64,000 nucleotides of DNA. Source: an uncultured Gammaproteobacteria bacterium. Its GTDB lineage: Bacteria; Patescibacteriota; Microgenomatia; CAYQLK01. Shown one piece after another: positions 62,011 to 64,000 of this stretch. Under the pieces are notes generated by a model. It had not been told where the DNA came from and did no database searches. It saw nothing but the letters and a program-made list of their open reading frames with translations. The position numbers and the translations under genes are program-made. Each line of letters opens with the position of its first letter. The first letter of the stretch is position 1. Location of the stretch: assembly GCA_964404855.1 (NCBI GenBank), contig CAYOLO010000002.1, positions 131,494 through 195,493 on the forward strand, in the 5' to 3' direction.

Positions 62011-62493
62011 CTACAGAGGGAGCGCCACCTTGCGTTCCCGCCGGTGTCGGACTCGGGTAAGAGCCGCGGCGATACCGTTGCGGATCGCCTGGAGCGGGGC
62101 GCGATGGCCGACCAGCTGCATCTTATCGTCGATGGTTTCCATGACCAGCTCGGCCTGCTCGGGGTCGAGCATGAAGCCGTTTTTGGGGTACCGCGGTTTG
62201 GGGGTAAAAACTCCCGGACCGCCGTACTCGAGCAGCTGAACTTCGACTCCGGCAGCTTCGTAGCCGTCGAGGGCGCCGACGTAGAGGTCGAGCGGTCCAT
62301 CGCAGTGCAATGCGATAACCTGGTCTCCTGTCATGGCAACCGCGTCCTCGAATGCGCGACGGTAAGCCTCCTCGTACGCTTGCTCCAGGTGGGTATCAGA
62401 CCGCCTGGCAAAGAGGTATCTGTCGACATTGTCGGGACTGAACGTCCGACTATGTACGTCGGGCAGAGGCGGCATCACACAGATGATTCTCAA
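62011..62493 (-). CDS. GC-rich hypothetical protein (cassette-type)
   Basis: Probable TTG start at 62493 after AAGGAG; promoter module at 62533-62574; type A terminator at 61971-61993. Confidence 0.72.
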   Translation of the reverse strand: MRIICVMPPLPDVHSRTFSPDNVDRYLFARRSDTHLEQAYEEAYRRAFEDAVAMTGDQVIALHCDGPLDLYVGALDGYEAAGVEVQLLEYGGPGVFTPKPRYPKNGFMLDPEQAELVMETIDDKMQLVGHRAPLQAIRNGIAAALTRVRHRRERKVALPL

Positions 62494-62690
62494 GTTTCTG
62501 TTTGAACTCCTTTTGGTAATGAACTGAGGCGAATTATACTTGTTTTTAGATAAAAAATCAAATACTAGAGGATAGTCTGACACATATTTAATTATTTTTT
62601 GAAAGGGATTTGTAGACTCTAGCTTTTTTGCCAAACCAGCAAAATAAAAGCCCTCCTTTTTAGGGGAGGGCTAGGGCGGGAAGCTGAAGA

Positions 62691-62867
62691 TCACCTCAAC
62701 TCGTTGCAGATCACGGCGAACGAATCGCCGATCAGAGGAATACTGCTCTGGCATTCCTGAGCGACATTCGGACGCTCGGGCAGACCGATGAGACTGATTG
62801 CGACCAGCGCGATCGTAATGGCGACCAGAGTGGTTCCGAAAACACGGGTCAAGTTGGCCATGAACAA
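62691..62867 (-). CDS. small membrane/secreted protein, 58 aa (cassette-type)
   Basis: Not in ORF track; MFMANLTRVFGTTLVAITIALVAISLIGLPERPNVAQECQSSIPLIGDSFAVICNELR; SD AAGGAG, promoter at 62913-62941, terminator at 62649-62672. Confidence 0.75.
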   Translation of the reverse strand: MFMANLTRVFGTTLVAITIALVAISLIGLPERPNVAQECQSSIPLIGDSFAVICNELR

Positions 62868-63039
62868 GGTCGTTTTCTCCTTAGAGGTAGTTGGTAATGT
62901 TCAGTGGAGACAATTATACCGCATTTTAGGCAAAAAATCAAATACTATAGGGCTTAAATAGTACATGGGAAAAAATTTATAATGGACTTATGATGGATTG
63001 GACTGGCACTTCAGGTGTATAATGCCTCAGGCAAAAATC

Positions 63040-63729
63040 ATGACATTAATAATTACAGTTATCGAAAAAGACCATATTTGGCAATCGTCTGACCATCGGA
63101 TTACAAAAATTAACGGTGATCTGTTTGACGATAAGTCGATCAAACATATTCACCTGAACTGCACAGACGGAAAAGCACTTTTGTCCTGGACTGGACTGGC
63201 CGAACTCAAAGACAAAACCAGACTGAACGTTTGGCTTAAAGATGTGCTTAAAGCCGGAGTTGGAACGGTAGATGAGACGCTGAAGACAATTACGGATCGG
63301 GCAAGTACAGATATTGGCGGAAGTTTTGAATTAGTGGTGAGTGTCGGCGCTTTTATTAATGACCAGCCTTGGTATTATGAAATAACTAATTTAGTTGAAG
63401 ATAAGGGTAAGGCGAAGTTAAAAAATAAATTCACAATCAAAAAAACCAAAGCGGACAAGGATGGATTGTTCCATGGCGGAAGCGGTAAGATCGGTTTGAC
63501 CCAGAAGGACATTAATGCAATTAAAAAAGAGGCAAAAAAGGCTACAGGTGACCCTGATCAATTTTCTAAGACTTTGGCAAATATCAACAAAAAGGTGTCG
63601 GGAAACGTAAAGACCGTAAGCCCGAGCTGTACGACCGCATATATCACGTCAGTCGGCGGAATTACTACCGAGATCCACTCTAACGAGGATCAGGACGATT
63701 ATGTTTATATCGTCCCGACGTCGGTATAA
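63040..63729 (+). CDS. hypothetical protein, possible Ntn-hydrolase fold
   Basis: MTLII...SDHRIT...WTGLA N-terminus; TGTATAAT box upstream. Confidence 0.65.
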   Translation: MTLIITVIEKDHIWQSSDHRITKINGDLFDDKSIKHIHLNCTDGKALLSWTGLAELKDKTRLNVWLKDVLKAGVGTVDETLKTITDRASTDIGGSFELVVSVGAFINDQPWYYEITNLVEDKGKAKLKNKFTIKKTKADKDGLFHGGSGKIGLTQKDINAIKKEAKKATGDPDQFSKTLANINKKVSGNVKTVSPSCTTAYITSVGGITTEIHSNEDQDDYVYIVPTSV

Positions 63730-63818
63730 AACTCCAGGTTTTTCATTCATTGATAAAAAAAGGCACCGCTTTTTGGTATTGTGCGGTGCCGATAAGGGCA
63801 TTGTAATGATGTCGGAGC

Positions 63819-64000
63819 CTAGTTCTGGGCTCGGATCCGATTTTTGATTTTTTTGCGCTCGATATCCCACTCCACCTCTTGCCACTGGTCATCCACGAAC
63901 CTGAAGCAGTGGCGGATCTTACGGTTCGGGCTGGTAACCATGAAGAATCCTCTATTGAGGTTGTTCTCGAAGAAGTCTCTGATCCGGCTGGCTGAGTCTT
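63819..64000 (-). CDS. GC-rich hypothetical protein, 3' end (partial)
   Basis: Open frame ...FRFVDDQWQEVEWDIERKKIKNRIRAQN*, followed by terminator ggcaccgc/gcggtgcc at ~63755-63790. Confidence 0.6.
   Translation of the reverse strand, partial: DSASRIRDFFENNLNRGFFMVTSPNRKIRHCFRFVDDQWQEVEWDIERKKIKNRIRAQN

Noticed and set aside
62494-62634. ORF-track N-terminal extension of the 62011 gene
   Set aside because: Runs through the AT-rich promoter module; SD and the GC shift indicate a later start

Overview
Chromosomal segment of a Patescibacteria/CPR bacterium, most likely Microgenomates-like. This is an inference from the absence of L30 in the spc cluster, the DUF2298/GT-C cluster, DUF5679 and long charged ribosomal-protein tails. 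Positions 1-24.7 kb are AT-rich housekeeping and envelope genes: yifB/comM, RNase P RNA, miaA, glycosyltransferases, miaB, HU, rny, recX-recA, tRNA-Pro, aquaporin and rfbB. Positions 24.7-40.8 kb are the S10-spc-alpha ribosomal cluster, and 45-61 kb hold tuf, fusA, rpsG, rpsL and rpoC/rpoB, all on the minus strand. The most unusual signal is a set of GC-rich, mutually unrelated single-gene 'cassettes' inserted between core genes (tuf|rpsJ, fusA|tuf, upstream of rpoB). They reuse the same promoter module and the same terminator hairpins, and nearly all have SD-led non-ATG starts. Between tuf and rpsJ, four such genes alternate with three copies of a ~125-bp multi-stem repeat showing compensatory base changes. 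This looks like an integron-style cassette array, but it lacks attC cores and there is no recognisable integrase in the window. Other notable items are a leader-peptide transcription attenuator ahead of an unknown/PIG-L/kinase operon, a second small hairpin element associated with sequence duplications (one a synonymously recoded copy of the tuf 3' end), and a structured leader with a terminator before a 3D-domain gene. All calls were made by eye from the sequence and ORF track; no searches were run.
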